The translations under genes were made by a program, and so were the position numbers. Under the pieces are notes generated by a model. That model saw only the letters and a list, made by a program, of their open reading frames with translations, did no database searches and was not told the origin of the DNA. A DNA stretch of 64,000 nt from Moniliella sp. 'wahieum'. Lineage: Eukaryota. The stretch lies in the NCBI GenBank assembly GCA_003971905.1, contig RSEE01000098.1, positions 62,001 through 126,000 on the forward strand, in the 5' to 3' direction. The first letter of the stretch is position 1. Each line of letters begins with the position of its first letter. Below, in pieces: positions 1 through 12,394 of the stretch.

Positions 1-1206
1 CTCGTTGCCGCTCGCATGATGCTGATGGCCAATACTGGCTTGCTCCCATGTCCACCTCCCCCCCCGCCACGCCCCCCCGCGCGCACACCTCCGAGCAAGA
101 GCTGCTGGTCCAGCAGGTGCACGCCGCCGGCGACGACCACTACCACCGCTGTCTCGGCGTGGAGAAGGCCGCGCGCGCCCGTCGAGATCCGCAAGGCGTA
201 CCGCAAGCTCGCTCTCCAGCTGCATCCCGACAAGAACAGTGCGCCCGGTGCAGACGAGGCATTCAAGCGCGTGCTCAAGGCGTTTACCGTCCTTTCCGAT
301 GTGGAGCAGCGAGCGTTGTGGGATCAGACGTTGTCGTCTCCTCTTGGGCCTCGTGCGGCGCGACAGGCAGGTCCTTCGTTCGCCCCTCCCGACTTTGGTG
401 CTCCGGATGAACTCTTCACTGCCTTTTTCGGCCCCGGCAGCGTGCCGTTCCGCTTCTCTTCCCCGGGCATGCGTCGTCGCCGTCCGCGGGCAGGGACGAT
501 ACGGACGATCTGCCCCTACCTCTGCCTGCTGCTTCTGCTTCTGCGCGCGACTTCCAGCGTCGTGGGCGTGGTACCAACCCCCAGCCCGCCGAGCCCAGTT
601 GGTCTCACATTTTGATCCAGGTCATCCCCATTCTGTTGATTGTGGCGTGTGTGTGTGTTGTGTGTACGCCGCATCTGTTTGCGCCTCCCACGCCCGAGTT
701 TCGCTTTGCCCCCAGCGGGCGCTACACCCGCCACCGCTTTAGTGCGCGCAACGGCGTGTCGTACTACGTTGACCCGGCCCAGTTCCGGAAGGCTACAGCT
801 GCGCTGGGCCGTCCCAATGGCTTAACTTCTTCTCCAGCCTTCGCCACTTTGAGCAGCAGGTCGAGTCGCACTATGCTACCAACCTGGTGGCGGAATGTGA
901 TCGAGCACGCAAGGTGCAACAACGCAGGTTGTGGAAGGCGATGGGCTTGGATGGAACGCCGGTAGGTACTCTTTCTTGTGCGGGGCAGTGGGGCCGGAGA
1001 TGCGGTTTGGGTTTGAGTTGAGTTGCTTAGCTGACGTTGTTATTAATTGTCGTTGTTGTTGTGGTGATGGTTGTCCTTGTCCTTGTCCTTGTCCTCGTTC
1101 TTGTTCTTGTTCTCCTTTTTTCTGCCAGGCGGACCCCAGTCGGGTGACCCGGATCCGCTCCGAGCGCTTCGAAGCGTGTGAGCGGCTGCAAGATTTTCAG
1201 CAGTAG
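1..1206 (+). CDS. HLJ1: ER DnaJ/Hsp40 co-chaperone, HLJ1/DNAJB12-like (J domain, TM segment, DUF1977-like); 5' end uncertain, frameshifted
   Basis: [30 protein letters not shown] (HPD motif); hydrophobic [35 protein letters not shown]; intron ~962-1128 (GTAGGT..GCTGAC..CAG); last exon ends [13 protein letters not shown] at 1206. Confidence 0.8.
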
Positions 1207-2116
1207 GACGCCGTTTCAGTGGATCCGGTTTGGCCCCTGGATAACGACCTACCTGTGCGTGCGTAGACGGCGTGCGGGATTTGGGCCAAGATGGCTAGAT
1301 GGCCAACTGAACGTTGACCATCGATCGTCCGCTGGCATCTACAACTACGCTGTGCTGGCCGAATGCAAATGCGGACGTTCCAGCTGGGCGTTGCGCGGTC
1401 GGGTCGGGGCACTCGCAGGGTTCTCTGCCGGGCCTCTCCGCACGGCATTTCCTCCAACACGCTGGGCTCAGTTGGTGTCCTGTGTCATGTGTCCTACCCC
1501 CTCCACGCCGCCGCGCGCGTGGTCCACCTCTCTACATGCAGAAAGCCGATCTGAATCCTTGCGCCCCAAACCGCATTCGGCAAGAACTCAGATTCCAAGA
1601 GGAGTACACTGTGCACACGGTCCACTGCGGCTGTGGCGAGTGACTAGTAGTGATCCCGTTGCCGGGTATCAAAGTGATCCTCCCTGGCAACTGGCGACTA
1701 CCGCTCCCCCACCATTTCCCATTTCCCTACCCCTTTCCCATTCCCCATTTCCCATTTCCCACATGTCAAGTCGATATCTGATACCCCTGGGATCCCCCCC
1801 CTACCCCACGTCGCCAGAGGCCTCGGGCCATTCAAAATGCGACCGCTATGCCTCACATGGGCGCACCCACGATCCTTTTGCCTGCTCTTCTTCAACTTGA
1901 GCTCAAGCTTGAGCCTTAGCATCAGCGCCTTGAGCGCAGAAGCTTGAGCCGAGACAGAAAATTTAAACTGCCACATGCTCTTGCTGAAATTTGATCGTCT
2001 GTTTGTTCAATGTGAGATCTGAGAGATTCGGGACGTCGAAAGCTTGGTTGGGCCTTTGCTTTGACATGGGACTCTCGGGGCTGTCGGTCCAGCCACCAAC
2101 TACCTAGGTCTGCACC

Positions 2117-4287
2117 ATGCCATCTACACGGGACCCAACTGACGTGTCGAAAGACACGGAAACGGAAACGGAAACGGGGACGAAGACTGGGACGGGGACG
2201 GGGACGAGCGTGGTGCGACCGGAGGGTGGGTACCCACTGAGCTTGCCCGAGTACCTGCGCTACGGGCGGCAAATGATTTTGCCTGGGTTTGGACTGGAAG
2301 CGCAGCTGCGTCTTCGGTGTGCGCGTGTGCTGGTGGTGGGTGCGGGCGGGCTGGGGTCCTGTGATCCAGCAGCTGGCCAGTGTCGGCGTTGGTCACATCA
2401 CCGTCCTGGACCACGATACAGTCGAGATGTCCAACCTCGCGCGCCAGTTCCTCCACACTGAGGAGAGGATCGGGATGCCCAAAGCCCAGAGCGCCGCCAT
2501 TGCGTGTCAAGCGTACGTCCTCCCTCTCTCTTCTTCCTCTTTCTCTTTCTCTTATTCCTCTTGCTCTTCTTGCTCTTGCTCTTTTTTCCCTTACTTCCCT
2601 GCCCTACCTCGGCCGTACTAACACCTGTGTTCCCTCTCGCTACCGCTGCCCCGGTCTTGTATGGTCCCAGGATCAACTCACACATCACGGTGGTGCCACG
2701 GGTCGAAGCACTGCTTCCGTCGAATGCGCTGGGCTTGGCCCAAGACCACGACCTGCTCCTCGACTGCACCGATAACCCCCCACGCGGTACACGCTCTCGG
2801 ACGCAGCCGTGTTGGCAGACAAGATGCTGGTCAGTGGAGCAGCGCAAGGCATGGAAGGTCAATTGGCCGTGTGGAACCGGTACTTAGATTTGGACCAACA
2901 CGTTGTGCCCCCCGCTCGGTACGCTCATGCCTTACCACCTACCCGTCCCACCGTCTTGCCCGGTTCCAATACGAATTCCGATTCGGGTACGGGACTGGGT
3001 TTGGGTTCGGGTTCGGGTTCATCCTCTGCCCCTGTCTCGGCTTCTGCCTCTGCCTCTGTGGCAGCTGTGCCAGTACCAACGATGGAAGCGGTGCGTGCGC
3101 ATCGGCTTGCCTCGCCTCGTGGTCCGTGTTATCGGTGCATGTTCCCACAAGCGCCGAAAGCGGAGAACGTGCGGGACTGCAGCGAGACTGGTGTGGTGGG
3201 CAGCATAACCGCCCTGGTTGGGGCAGCGCAAGCGACTGAGGCGGTACGCTTGCTAGCGCGGATCGGGGACGAGTACACGCTTAGTGCGGTGCCTGTTTCT
3301 GTACCTCCGCCTGGGGGGAAAGCCCACGCGCAAGCGCGTACCGATGCAGGTAGTTTGATCCTCTTCTCGCCCTTTGCTTCGCCCTTTTCGCCTTACCGCT
3401 CCATCCGTCTTCGTCCACGTCGAATCCAGACGTGCGTCTCATGTGGCGATCCAGCCCAGGTACCTGTACCCGCCTCCACCCCGGCCGGACCAACCACAGG
3501 TACAACCACAGGTACAACCACGGGTACAGCTACAGCCGCGCCGGGCGTGTCACGTGGGAGCACGATCGAAGATCTTGAACAGGTAGACTACGTTGCGTTG
3601 TGCGGAACCAAGTGTGGTCCGTATCCGAACCGTGCGGGGCTGGATCGTTTGCAACCTGCGGATGTGGTGCCGGTACCTTCTCATTCTGATTGTCCAGTGG
3701 TGTATGTTGACGTGCGTCCGCGTGAGGAATTTGGTATTGTCAGTTTACCTGGCTCGTTCAGTACGTCCCTTTATCTTTGGCTTTGGCTTTGGCTTTTTCG
3801 CTTGCGCTTTCGTCCCCGCTCCGACTTTTGGCTAGGCTTTTAGTTTGGTTTGGTTGGGGTGGGGCGGAGGTGCGTTTTCTTGCGGGACCGAGTGCCGGTG
3901 CTGACCTGGGTTCTGCTTGTTTGCTTGTTTGTTTGCTTGTTTGGTTGTTTGGGTTGCTTGCATGTCAGACATACCCATGGACCAAGTACGTCGCTCACCT
4001 TGCGCTGTGGTGGAGGAGATGCGCGCCCTGTTTCCGCCCGGGACCAAAGCGGGGGAAGTACGTCTGGTCTGTCGGAGGGTAACGACTCGCTCGAAGCTGC
4101 GCATACGTTGAGCGAGGCCGAGACGGGAGCAGGTCAAGGACAAGGACAAGGACAAGGACAAGGACAACACCCAGGACAAGAGCAACAGCAACAGCAACAG
4201 CGACAGCCTGCGCTGAGGTTGATCGATGTGCAAGGTGGTCTGCAAGCGTATGCGCGTCAAGTGGATCCCACCTTTCCCATTTACTAA
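2117..4287 (+). CDS. UBA4: Adenylyltransferase/sulfurtransferase Uba4/MOCS3 (ThiF/MoeB + rhodanese)
   Basis: [49 protein letters not shown] and CVSC zinc pairs, [11 protein letters not shown](G)NDS loop broken by a 1-bp deletion, C-terminus [20 protein letters not shown]; introns 2513-2670 and 3761-3968. Confidence 0.93.
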
Positions 4288-4830
4288 GTGCTGAGTGCTG
4301 AGTGCGGAGTGCGGAGTTGAGTGCTGAAATGAATGGGAGCGATGGGAGCTGGAACACGTGCGCGGGGAGGGGGCGAGGAACAACCAGCTGCCCATGGATC
4401 ATTGGTACGATGTCGATTATCGATTGTCATACCTTGGGGCGTGCCAGCTTTGCCCTCAAGCTTCAGTTGCTATATCTCTTTGTGTGTGATCCTGATCGCC
4501 TGAGCCTTTTTCATCCCACTGCTCATGCCTCTCAGACCTCAAGAGGGAAGAACTTTGATCGAATTGGATAGTGGAGCGACCATGCAGAAGACAAAAAACC
4601 TAGTAGTAGCATAAGGCGAGGGTGGGGGGAGGGCATACCATAGGGCAAGACGATGGTAAACCGGTGGGGACAAAACGCACATCCTCAGTGGGTACTCAAA
4701 AGAGTAGTAGTAGCGAGGTAGTATAAGTATACCTTGTTTGTTTGAGTTTGTTTTGTTTAGTTTCGTTTGAAGCCCACCACAGCTCTGTACCATCCGCTGC
4801 ACGTTGCACGTATTGTGCGCTCTGGCGCTA

Positions 4831-6873
4831 CTACGGCTGCAAGATAAGCTGCGCCGCGATCTCCGCTACGCCGTAAACGACGGAAGTCAAGTGCTGGGTA
4901 GTGACAAAGGGCAAGATAGAGGCGTCGACGACGCGTAGACCCTGTGTGCCGTACACGCGCAAAGCCGGGTCCACCACGCCACCCAACTCGAACGGCAGCT
5001 GGCTGGCAGTGGAGGTGGGTGGTACTCGGTGCCAAACGTCTTCGCAACAATTGGAGCCAGTCAGCGTCCGTGGTAACATTGCCCCCTGGAGCCGTTTCGA
5101 CCAGACCAAATTGTTTGAGAAGCGGTGAGCGGCCAGTGGGCGCGCGGTCTGGCACCCCGCGATGAGCAGCGCATTGTCCACGTCGTTGGTCAGGTAAGCC
5201 GGGTCGATCAATGGCGGATCAAAGGGGTCGGTCGAGTTGAGTAGCACACTGCCCTGGGCAAACGTGTGCTGCAACGCACAGGCAATTGATACCGTGGCTT
5301 GGTTCGACTCGAACCAGAGCGTCTCGACGGACGGAACGTCGGCCTGGTACAGATCGGCAATCAAATGCGACACGAGTTGGTAGCCTGCCTTGACACTGGT
5401 GGGAGCCTGGTACTTCTCCGCCCACTGGGCGATACTGGTACGGATGGTACGCAGCACGTCGGAGGGACTGTTGGTGGTCTTGCTAAACGGGAGGTAAGTG
5501 ACGGCGGACGTGACAAAACTGTTTACCTTAGGGTCTTGGCTGGTACCTGCAGCAGGAGGAAAGGAACCTTGGGTCGAATTGGTAATGTTGTACTGTACTT
5601 GACCGTAGATGTGGTCTTGGAGGTGGTACCCTACGCCCGGGACGTCCGCCACAAGGGAAATGTCGTGTTTAGCGAGGTAACTTGATTCGCCCACGCCGTC
5701 AGGAGGAGCAGCTGCGGCGTCCCAATCGCGCCAGCGGACAAGATGACTTCCTGAGCCGCGTGGGCAGTGTACACTTTGCCGCCTTTCTGCTGCTGGAACT
5801 GCACGCCAGTCGCACGTGGTGGCGAAGCGGTATCAAACAAGACCTTGACCGCCTGGTGGTCCGTGAGGACATGCAAATTGCTGCGCGCAACAAACGGATC
5901 CAAGTACCCGTGCGGGCAAAGGAGCGAGTCCAATTATCTTGGCGAATAACGAGCGGCCCAACCAAGTCCGGAATTGTTACCGCCATACGCATCGGGGTTG
6001 AGTGCCAAGCCCGTAGTTTCCGATGTGGCTTGGAGGAACGCGCCTTCCGAACCGTACTGCACACCATGCCACGACGTATGAATCGGTCCATCGGTCCCGT
6101 GCGAGGAAGGGTTGGAACGTAAAAAGTCCACTGGCTGCGGTAGCGAGGACGACAAGGACGCATTGATCCCCGCCGGTACGGGCTCGGCAAACTCACTCTT
6201 TTTCATCGCGGCCAACATGCTGTCCCACGTCCAGTCGCTCCGTTGGTCTGCAGCGCCGCCCAGGCGTCTTGCTCCACTTGCGTGTGCCGTGTCTAATCGT
6301 AGAGGGAGGGGCGTACGACCAAAGCGCAAAACAAACAGAGGGTAGGAGGGGTCAGATGTGCCGTGATTCGCACTACATACTCAGTGTGCCCACGATGAAA
6401 GATGCGGTGGGAGGCACTGAGGGTAGAATACCTTGAAACGGGGAGAGAAAGGGACATACAACGAGCATAATGTTGATTGCGCTAGACCCACCGAGCACTT
6501 TGCCGCGGGGCCAGGAGACTTGTCGCTGGTCCATCTCAGCCTGGGGACAGTGAGGTACTGCCAGTCCTGTCGGTGCCAAAGGTGACGGTGGATGGGTTGA
6601 ACATGGCATTGGGAGTGGTGATGTTGGTATCGCCTTCGCCGCTGGCCCGCCTCGAGGACAAGGACGGTATGGTTGCTCCCTGGGTCAAGCGAGAAGCGAG
6701 CACGAGACCGGCTGTGCCTCCACCCCCACGATGAGGTAGTCGTACGTCTGGCCATCAAAGTCGGTCGGGACGGAACTGATGCCGCCGGGCACAGCGGTAG
6801 GCAGCGCATGGCTGCCCACACTCAACCCCCACCCAGTGAGAAGAAGAACGAGCGGACGCACGGCGAGACGCAT
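4831..6873 (-). CDS. Secreted GMC oxidoreductase (AA3_2; glucose oxidase/aryl-alcohol oxidase-like), frameshifted
   Basis: Signal-like MRLAVRPLVLLLTGWGLSVGSHALP; YDYLIVG; VLVLEAG; WPRGKVLGGSSAIN; EVILSAGAIGTPQLL; GVGYHLQDH; GGVVDPALRVYGTQGLRVVDAS; two catalytic His (EYHP, TQHL). Confidence 0.92.
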
Positions 6874-7006
6874 CGGATGAATGCGAGAGTGACGGATGCA
6901 AGGGAGGAAGCAAAAGACCAACAGACGCTGTTGGTCGGTGTGCGACGAGGACGGGATGCGGTGCGCCTACCAACACAGCCCTGCGTTGGTGGGGGGGGGG
7001 GTGGGG

Positions 7007-7017
7007 TTTATATATAG
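7007..7017 (-). promoter_or_regulatory. TATA-like element of the GMC gene
   Basis: TATATATAAA on the minus strand ~135 bp upstream of the GMC ATG, in otherwise GC-rich DNA. Confidence 0.5.
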
Positions 7018-7049
7018 TAGGAACACGCGAGCTGCTTGGCATGCACCGT

Positions 7050-7175
7050 GCCTGAGGCTTGAGCGGAGGCCCTGAGGCTTGCGCTTGAAGCTGGAGCTTG
7101 AAGCTTGAAGCTTGAAGTCTGAAGCTTGAAGCTTGAGGCTTGAAGCTTGAAGCATGAAGCCTGAAGCTTGAAGCC
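7050..7175. repeat. Heptamer tandem array (TGAAGCT)n, degenerate
   Basis: gaagcttgaagcttgaagtctgaagcttgaagcttgaggcttgaagcttgaagcatgaagcc. Confidence 0.9.
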
Positions 7176-7890
7176 TGATGCAATGATGGCCCCGTCGCGT
7201 AAACTGTGTAATGCGTACAAGGTATCATAGACCCCGTTCCCCCACAACATCATGTGCATGACCACGGGTGCAATGGATTAGGCCGCGTATCGATTGGCGC
7301 TGGGCGCATGGAGGACTAGCCGTGTGTATGAGAAGATGTGATCGCAAGCTCAGTCTGAGGGCTCAGCTGAGCGCAGGCTGAGCCGAACGCATGGCTGCGC
7401 AACGTACCACACCGCCAGAGGCTGCGGCCGGTGGCTCTGGAGGGGGGCTGCTCAGCTGAGCGCAACGGCCATTCGGGATTGGAAGAAGGCCGTGTGGCAT
7501 GTGGAGGAGGACGAATGGGCATGGTGAGTGTACGCTAGTGAGGGATGACGATCAATATTCAATGGAGGCGTGGGGTCTCTTTCGAACTCAGATCTCAGAT
7601 CGCAGACTGAGACCTGGGGGAGCAGTGGGCACGGGGTGGCGGACATAGGGTAGCTCGTTCGGACGTAGCAGCGCGAGGTAAGGCAGAGAAAGATGGCTGT
7701 GCTGTGTTCTGTCTGCTCTGCTTCCGGTTCCGACGGAGGTAAGCGTCTGGCGTTGCGCTGACCGAACAAGGCAGGGCAGTGCTTATTTCCGGTTGGACTC
7801 AGCACGCGTAAATACATCCGAGCGTCCATCTGAGATGTTGGCGATCATCGATCATCTGAGACTGGGGTGGGGGGGGCGTGGCTGGGATGC

Positions 7891-7961
7891 TCACGTGAGA
7901 GGACCACGTGAGTTGTCACGTGACTGGAGATCGGGCGGTAGGGTTGGGCTAACCCTACCGC
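7891..7961. promoter_or_regulatory. Three CACGTG E-boxes plus an inverted TAGGGTT/AACCCTA pair upstream of the PWWP gene
   Basis: CACGTG at 7892, 7905 and 7917; perfect 11-bp inverted repeat GCGGTAGGGTT-gggct-AACCCTACCGC at 7935-7961. Confidence 0.55.
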
Positions 7962-8072
7962 GTGTGCCGATTGCGCTCGGACCTCCGAGCTTGACAGTGG
8001 GATGTAAGCAGCAGAGGCACCCCGCACAGGCAGGGCGCGTGTCTGGACCACCACCACGCGGAGATACGCGCC

Positions 8073-9778
8073 ATGCCTGCCTCCTCGTCGTCGCGCTTGT
8101 ACGTCGTGCTGTCTGTCTGTGCTCACCTTCGCTCACATGCATCCTGCCTCCCGCCAGCCGAGGGACGCAGGCTCTTGCGCGCGTCCGCAGCTGCCGACCC
8201 TGGCCTGCCATGGTACGTGCTTCTCTTTCGTTTCGTTTCGGTCCTTCCCCTCCTCACCTCCCCCCCGCCCGCAGGTCGTAGAACCAGACCAGATCCCCGC
8301 TCGCGTCTTGGCCGAGAGCCGCCGCCGCAAGTACGAGACCAAGACCACCACTGTCCGCTTCATACCCGACGCTAGCTAGTACGTGTCCTCCACGCGCACG
8401 CGTCGCACCCTCTTGCGTATTGCGTATTGCGTTCGCTCCCCACTACCACCATCGTTTCCTCCATGCCTCTCCAGGGACGAGGAACTGACGCCGCTGTCGC
8501 CGCAGGACGCCACATGTTCTGAAAGGGATAAAAGTCAACAAGTTCCCCGGGCCGCTGAGGGAGGGGTACGAAATTGCCCAGAGCGTGCTGTGGTCTGGGC
8601 ACGTGAACAGGACGAGCTGGTTCGGAAGGCCGAACGCGACCTCCCCTGCTTCTCGCCTCTCACGGCCGCGAAAAAAGCGCGCGCCAGCCTAACAAAGCGC
8701 CTGCTGCTGCTCCCGAGGCGAGTGTGCCCGACTCGGAGCAGGAAGCACCGCCTCCTAGGAAGCGTGGTCGCCGTTCAGAAAGCTCCTGTTGGCTCCCGAG
8801 GCGAGTGTGCCCAACTCGGAGGAGGAAGCACCGCCTCCTAGGAAGCGTGGTCGCCCGTTCAAGAAAGTCCTGTCGCAGCTGCGGAAAAGAGCGGTTCAGA
8901 GTCCGTGGAGGAAGCGCCCCCTCCTCGGAGGCGCGGACGCTCGTCCAACAAAGCACTGTCCTGCTCCAGAGGAGAGTGCATCCGATTCGGAGGAGGAGGT
9001 ACCACCAGCGCGTCGTACGCGCGGACGCTCTTCTAAGAAAACCCCTGTTACTGCTCCAGAGCAGAGTGCATCCGATTCGGAGGAGGAGGCACCACCAGCG
9101 CGTCGTACGCGGGACGCTCTTCTAAGAAAGCACCAGCTCCTGCTCGGGAGGAGAGCGCGTCAGATTCGAGGAGGAGGAGGGACGAGGACGAGGAGGAAAC
9201 GGAGGAGGACGAGAAGGACGAGGAGGAAGAGGAGGTGGAAGGGAAAGAGGAGACCACCAGCGCGCCGTACGCGCGGACGTCTTCTCAGAAAGCACTTGTT
9301 CTGCTCAAGAGGAGAGTGAAGCAAGCTCTGAGGAGGAGGACCGCCAGCGCGTAGTACGCGCGGGCGTCTTTAAGAAGGCACCGGTTCTGCTCAAGAGGAG
9401 AGTGCGGCAAGTTCTGAAGAGGAGGAGGAAAGGAGGAGGAGATGAAGAAGAAGAAGAAGAGGAAAGGAGGAGGAGGAGGGGAGGAAGAGGAGAGGAGGAG
9501 CGAACCGCCAGCACGTCGTACGCGTGGCGCGTCCTTCTAAGAAAGCACCGCTTCTTGCTCAAGAGGAGAGTGCGGCAAGCTCTGAAGAGGAGGAGGAAGA
9601 GCAGGAGGAGGAGGAGGCGAGGAGGAGGAGGAAGAGGAGGAGGAGCGACCGCCAGCAGTCGTACGGCGGACGTCCTTCTAAGAAAGCACGCTTCTTGCTC
9701 AAGAGGAGAGTGCGGCAAGCTCTGAAGAGGAGGAGGAAGAGGAGAAGAGGCGGAGGAGGAGAGGAGGGAAGAGGAGAA

Positions 9779-9813
<35 letters not shown>

Positions 9814-10710
9814 GGCGACCAGCACGTCGTCAGCGCGGACGCCCTTCTAAGCAAGCACTCGTTCCTCCTCGAGAGGAGGATGTGCCAGATTCTGAAGAAG
9901 ATGCAGCACCGCCTGCGCCGCATAAGCGCAGGCGTCCTTCGAAGAACGCTCCTGTTCCTACTGCGGACACGAATGGGTCAGGGTCTGGGGACGATGTGGC
10001 GACGGCTGATTCGCCGCCTGCGCGCCACCGCACACGTCGCTCCACCAACGCATCTTCAGCTCCGGTGGTGGAGCTGGTTCCCGAACCCGGTGTGGACGCC
10101 GTGCCCCAGCCCCAGCCCCAGCCCCAGCCCCAGCCCCAGCCCCAGCCCCAGCCCCAGGCAGAGGCAGAGGCAGAGGCGGAGGCAGCGTTCGTACCGGACG
10201 CGATATCATATGCTGACATGACCCTCGATCCGGGCGAGGGCTGGAGGACCAGTACGGACGACGGGCACCTGCGAGTGCTGCGGTTCGAGTTGCAGAAAGC
10301 GTTTTTGGGCAGCGAAGGCTTGGTTCGGACGGTACGTGTCTAGTGACTTGTGGTTTCCTGCACCGGGGCGATGGAGTGCCAAAGTTAAAAAAAACGGAAA
10401 AGGAAAAGGGGGGAGGGGACCGGGATCGTGACTGGTACTAGTAACCTTGCTAACTTACCTTGGCTTTGTTTTCTTTTGTTTTTGTTTCTGTGAGTGTATG
10501 TTGCACCTGCAGTCGATGGGGCACGCGAACGCGGTCTTGGCGGAGATTGAGGCGTTGCCTACGATTACTCTGGAGGAAATCCGGTACAGTAAGATCAACA
10601 AGGTGTTAAAGTTGATTATCAAGAGCTCTCTCCCGGCCGACCTTGAGGCCGAGTACCACTTTGCCCAGCGCGCTACCAACTTGTTGATCAAGTGGGCCAA
10701 CGTCTCGTGA
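8073..10710 (+). CDS. PWWP-domain chromatin protein with AT-hook-like/acidic repeats and a C-terminal TFIIS-N-like helical domain (fungal Pdp3-like family)
   Basis: ALARVRSCRPWPAM|VVEPDQIPARVL..TVRFIPDAS(Y) across introns (8213-8274, donor at 8379); repeated RKRGRP/RTRGR; C-terminus LRFELQKAFLG|..IRYSKINKVLKLII..FAQRATNLLIKW; intron 10332-10512. Confidence 0.75.
8700..9950 (+). repeat. Coding tandem repeat of roughly ten diverged units (E-E-S-A-x-x-S-E(n)-P-P-A-R-R-T-R-G-R-P-S-K-K)
   Basis: Recurrent GAGAGTGC..GAGGAGGAG..CCAGCGCGTCGTACGCG..TTCTAAGAAAG units with expanding GAG/GAA tracts. Confidence 0.85.
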
Positions 10711-11058
10711 TGCGCGTGATCGTTGTTCGCTCTGGGAGCCTGGGAGTCTGGAGCCGGGAGCCGGGAGCCGGGAGCCTGAATACAGGTTTGATTTATTACG
10801 TGTTGGGTACGTTACTATCAGGTTTCTCGCCTCCTGGGTTCTGTCTACGCACGCCTGGTGCCAACCTAATCGTTGTTCTTTCTTCATTTTGTCTTCCAAC
10901 ATGTGGCAACCTCTTGTTCCCAGCGCTCGTACGTTGATCGAGGATCGAAATTCCATGGCAGGATCAGGATGCAGGATACAAGATCCCTTGCTTTCATCCT
11001 CTCAAAGAGGCAAGAGAAACCAGAGACCAGAGACAAAGGACGAGAGGAACAGTAGAGA

Positions 11059-12394
11059 TTAGAGATACACGACCTGCTTGGCATGGGCATGGGACTGGAC
11101 CAACTTGGCAATTGCAACATCTTGAGCGCCCACTCCGACTGACTGAACAACGACGGTGCGCCAGCCTGCCGTACCGCGCGCACCTGGTGCACGAGTCCTG
11201 TTGCGCCCCACAGCTGGCCCGGCACAGGCTCGGTGTCCACCAACAGCTGGCCCAAAGCCACCCTTCCGAAGCTGGCACACAGCCTTGATCAGGTCGCCCG
11301 CTTCGCTCCCTGATACCGATAAGCCAACCCCCAATCCCGCGAGAAGTGGTCAGTCGTAGTCCCATCGGTTCTCCCGCCTACAACAGGCGCTCGAGGGGAA
11401 GTATAGTGAAGGAATGAAGGAACGGTGGGACGGGACAAGGGGACGTACCAACAGCTTCGACCGAGTCTACAATCAACGTGCCAGCCTTGGCCACGGTGCG
11501 GACCAAGTCGGGGGGTACCTCTTGCATATGCGGTTGTCTGGTTATGGTGATAGGATGTGGTGTCAGGTAGTGAGTTTCACACGGAGCGGAGCGTAGGTGA
11601 GCTTGGCTGTGCACAACCACGCTGTGCACAAACAGTGAGCACGAGGGGAGAGAGGAGAAGAGGGGACGTACAGGAACCAACGAGGATGAGGTGCGCGCGC
11701 GGTTTGATCTGGTCCGAGCGGAAGAGCGGGGCGGAGGACGGGGTGGCGGTGCAGATGATATCGGCTTGGGGGAGGTGAGAGTCGTCCTTATCGACCGAGA
11801 TAGTGACGTTGCGCGTGGCCAACGCGGTGCGCAGGAGGTCAGCAGTGGAGGAGGTGGTGGAGCTCGTCGCACGTCCTGGGGTCGGGACAAAGTGGACAGA
11901 ACGAATAGAAGGGTACACTGCGACCAACAAGAGTGCATGCCAAAACGTTTGTTGTCCACCGCCGTACAAGGCTACTGTGCTGACCTCCTCCGTGTCGGGA
12001 GGCAAGACAAGTGCTGTGGCCAACACAGACCCTGCGGCCGTACGTGCAGGAGTGAGTACCGACGCATCCACCATCGCCGTCAGTTTGCCCGTTGCATCGT
12101 CAAACAAGAGGGTTACACCGGGGATACCGGACGGTGCCTTGCCTGGTGTGGGAACGGCCACGATCTTGGCCGCTGTCGTACCCCCCGCACGAGCAGGCAT
12201 GAACAGCATCGTATGTCCCGGTTGGCAATCGACAGCCGAGGTGGAATCTGTACCTGCTCATGCTCGTCCGATGGCGCTTCGAACGTACGAAACACTTCCG
12301 CTTGGTTGTTGAGAAGAAGGTGCGGCGACGTTAACGCGACTGAGACGAGCCAGTCTCGCACCTCGTCCTGGCTGAACACTTGCACGGCCGACAT
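11059..12394 (-). CDS. Ornithine cyclodeaminase / mu-crystallin family protein
   Basis: LFMPAR..TAAKIVAVP, LTPARTAAGSVLAT, LYGGGQQ, ADIICTATPSSAPLF, HLILVGS, SVGVGAQDVAIA; two introns near 11.4 and 11.6 kb. Confidence 0.88.

Noticed and set aside
1178..1900. 240-aa ORF, and a DLNP motif in an overlapping frame suggesting Tc1/mariner
   Set aside because: No supporting DDE context or terminal repeats; composition is not gene-like.
7050..7175. Heat-shock element array
   Set aside because: GAA recurs with 7-bp period and without alternating TTC, which does not fit nGAAnnTTCn geometry.
2117..12394. Secondary-metabolite cluster (UBA4, GMC oxidase, cyclodeaminase)
   Set aside because: No backbone synthase, transporter or cluster regulator; UBA4 is a housekeeping gene and a chromatin gene intervenes.
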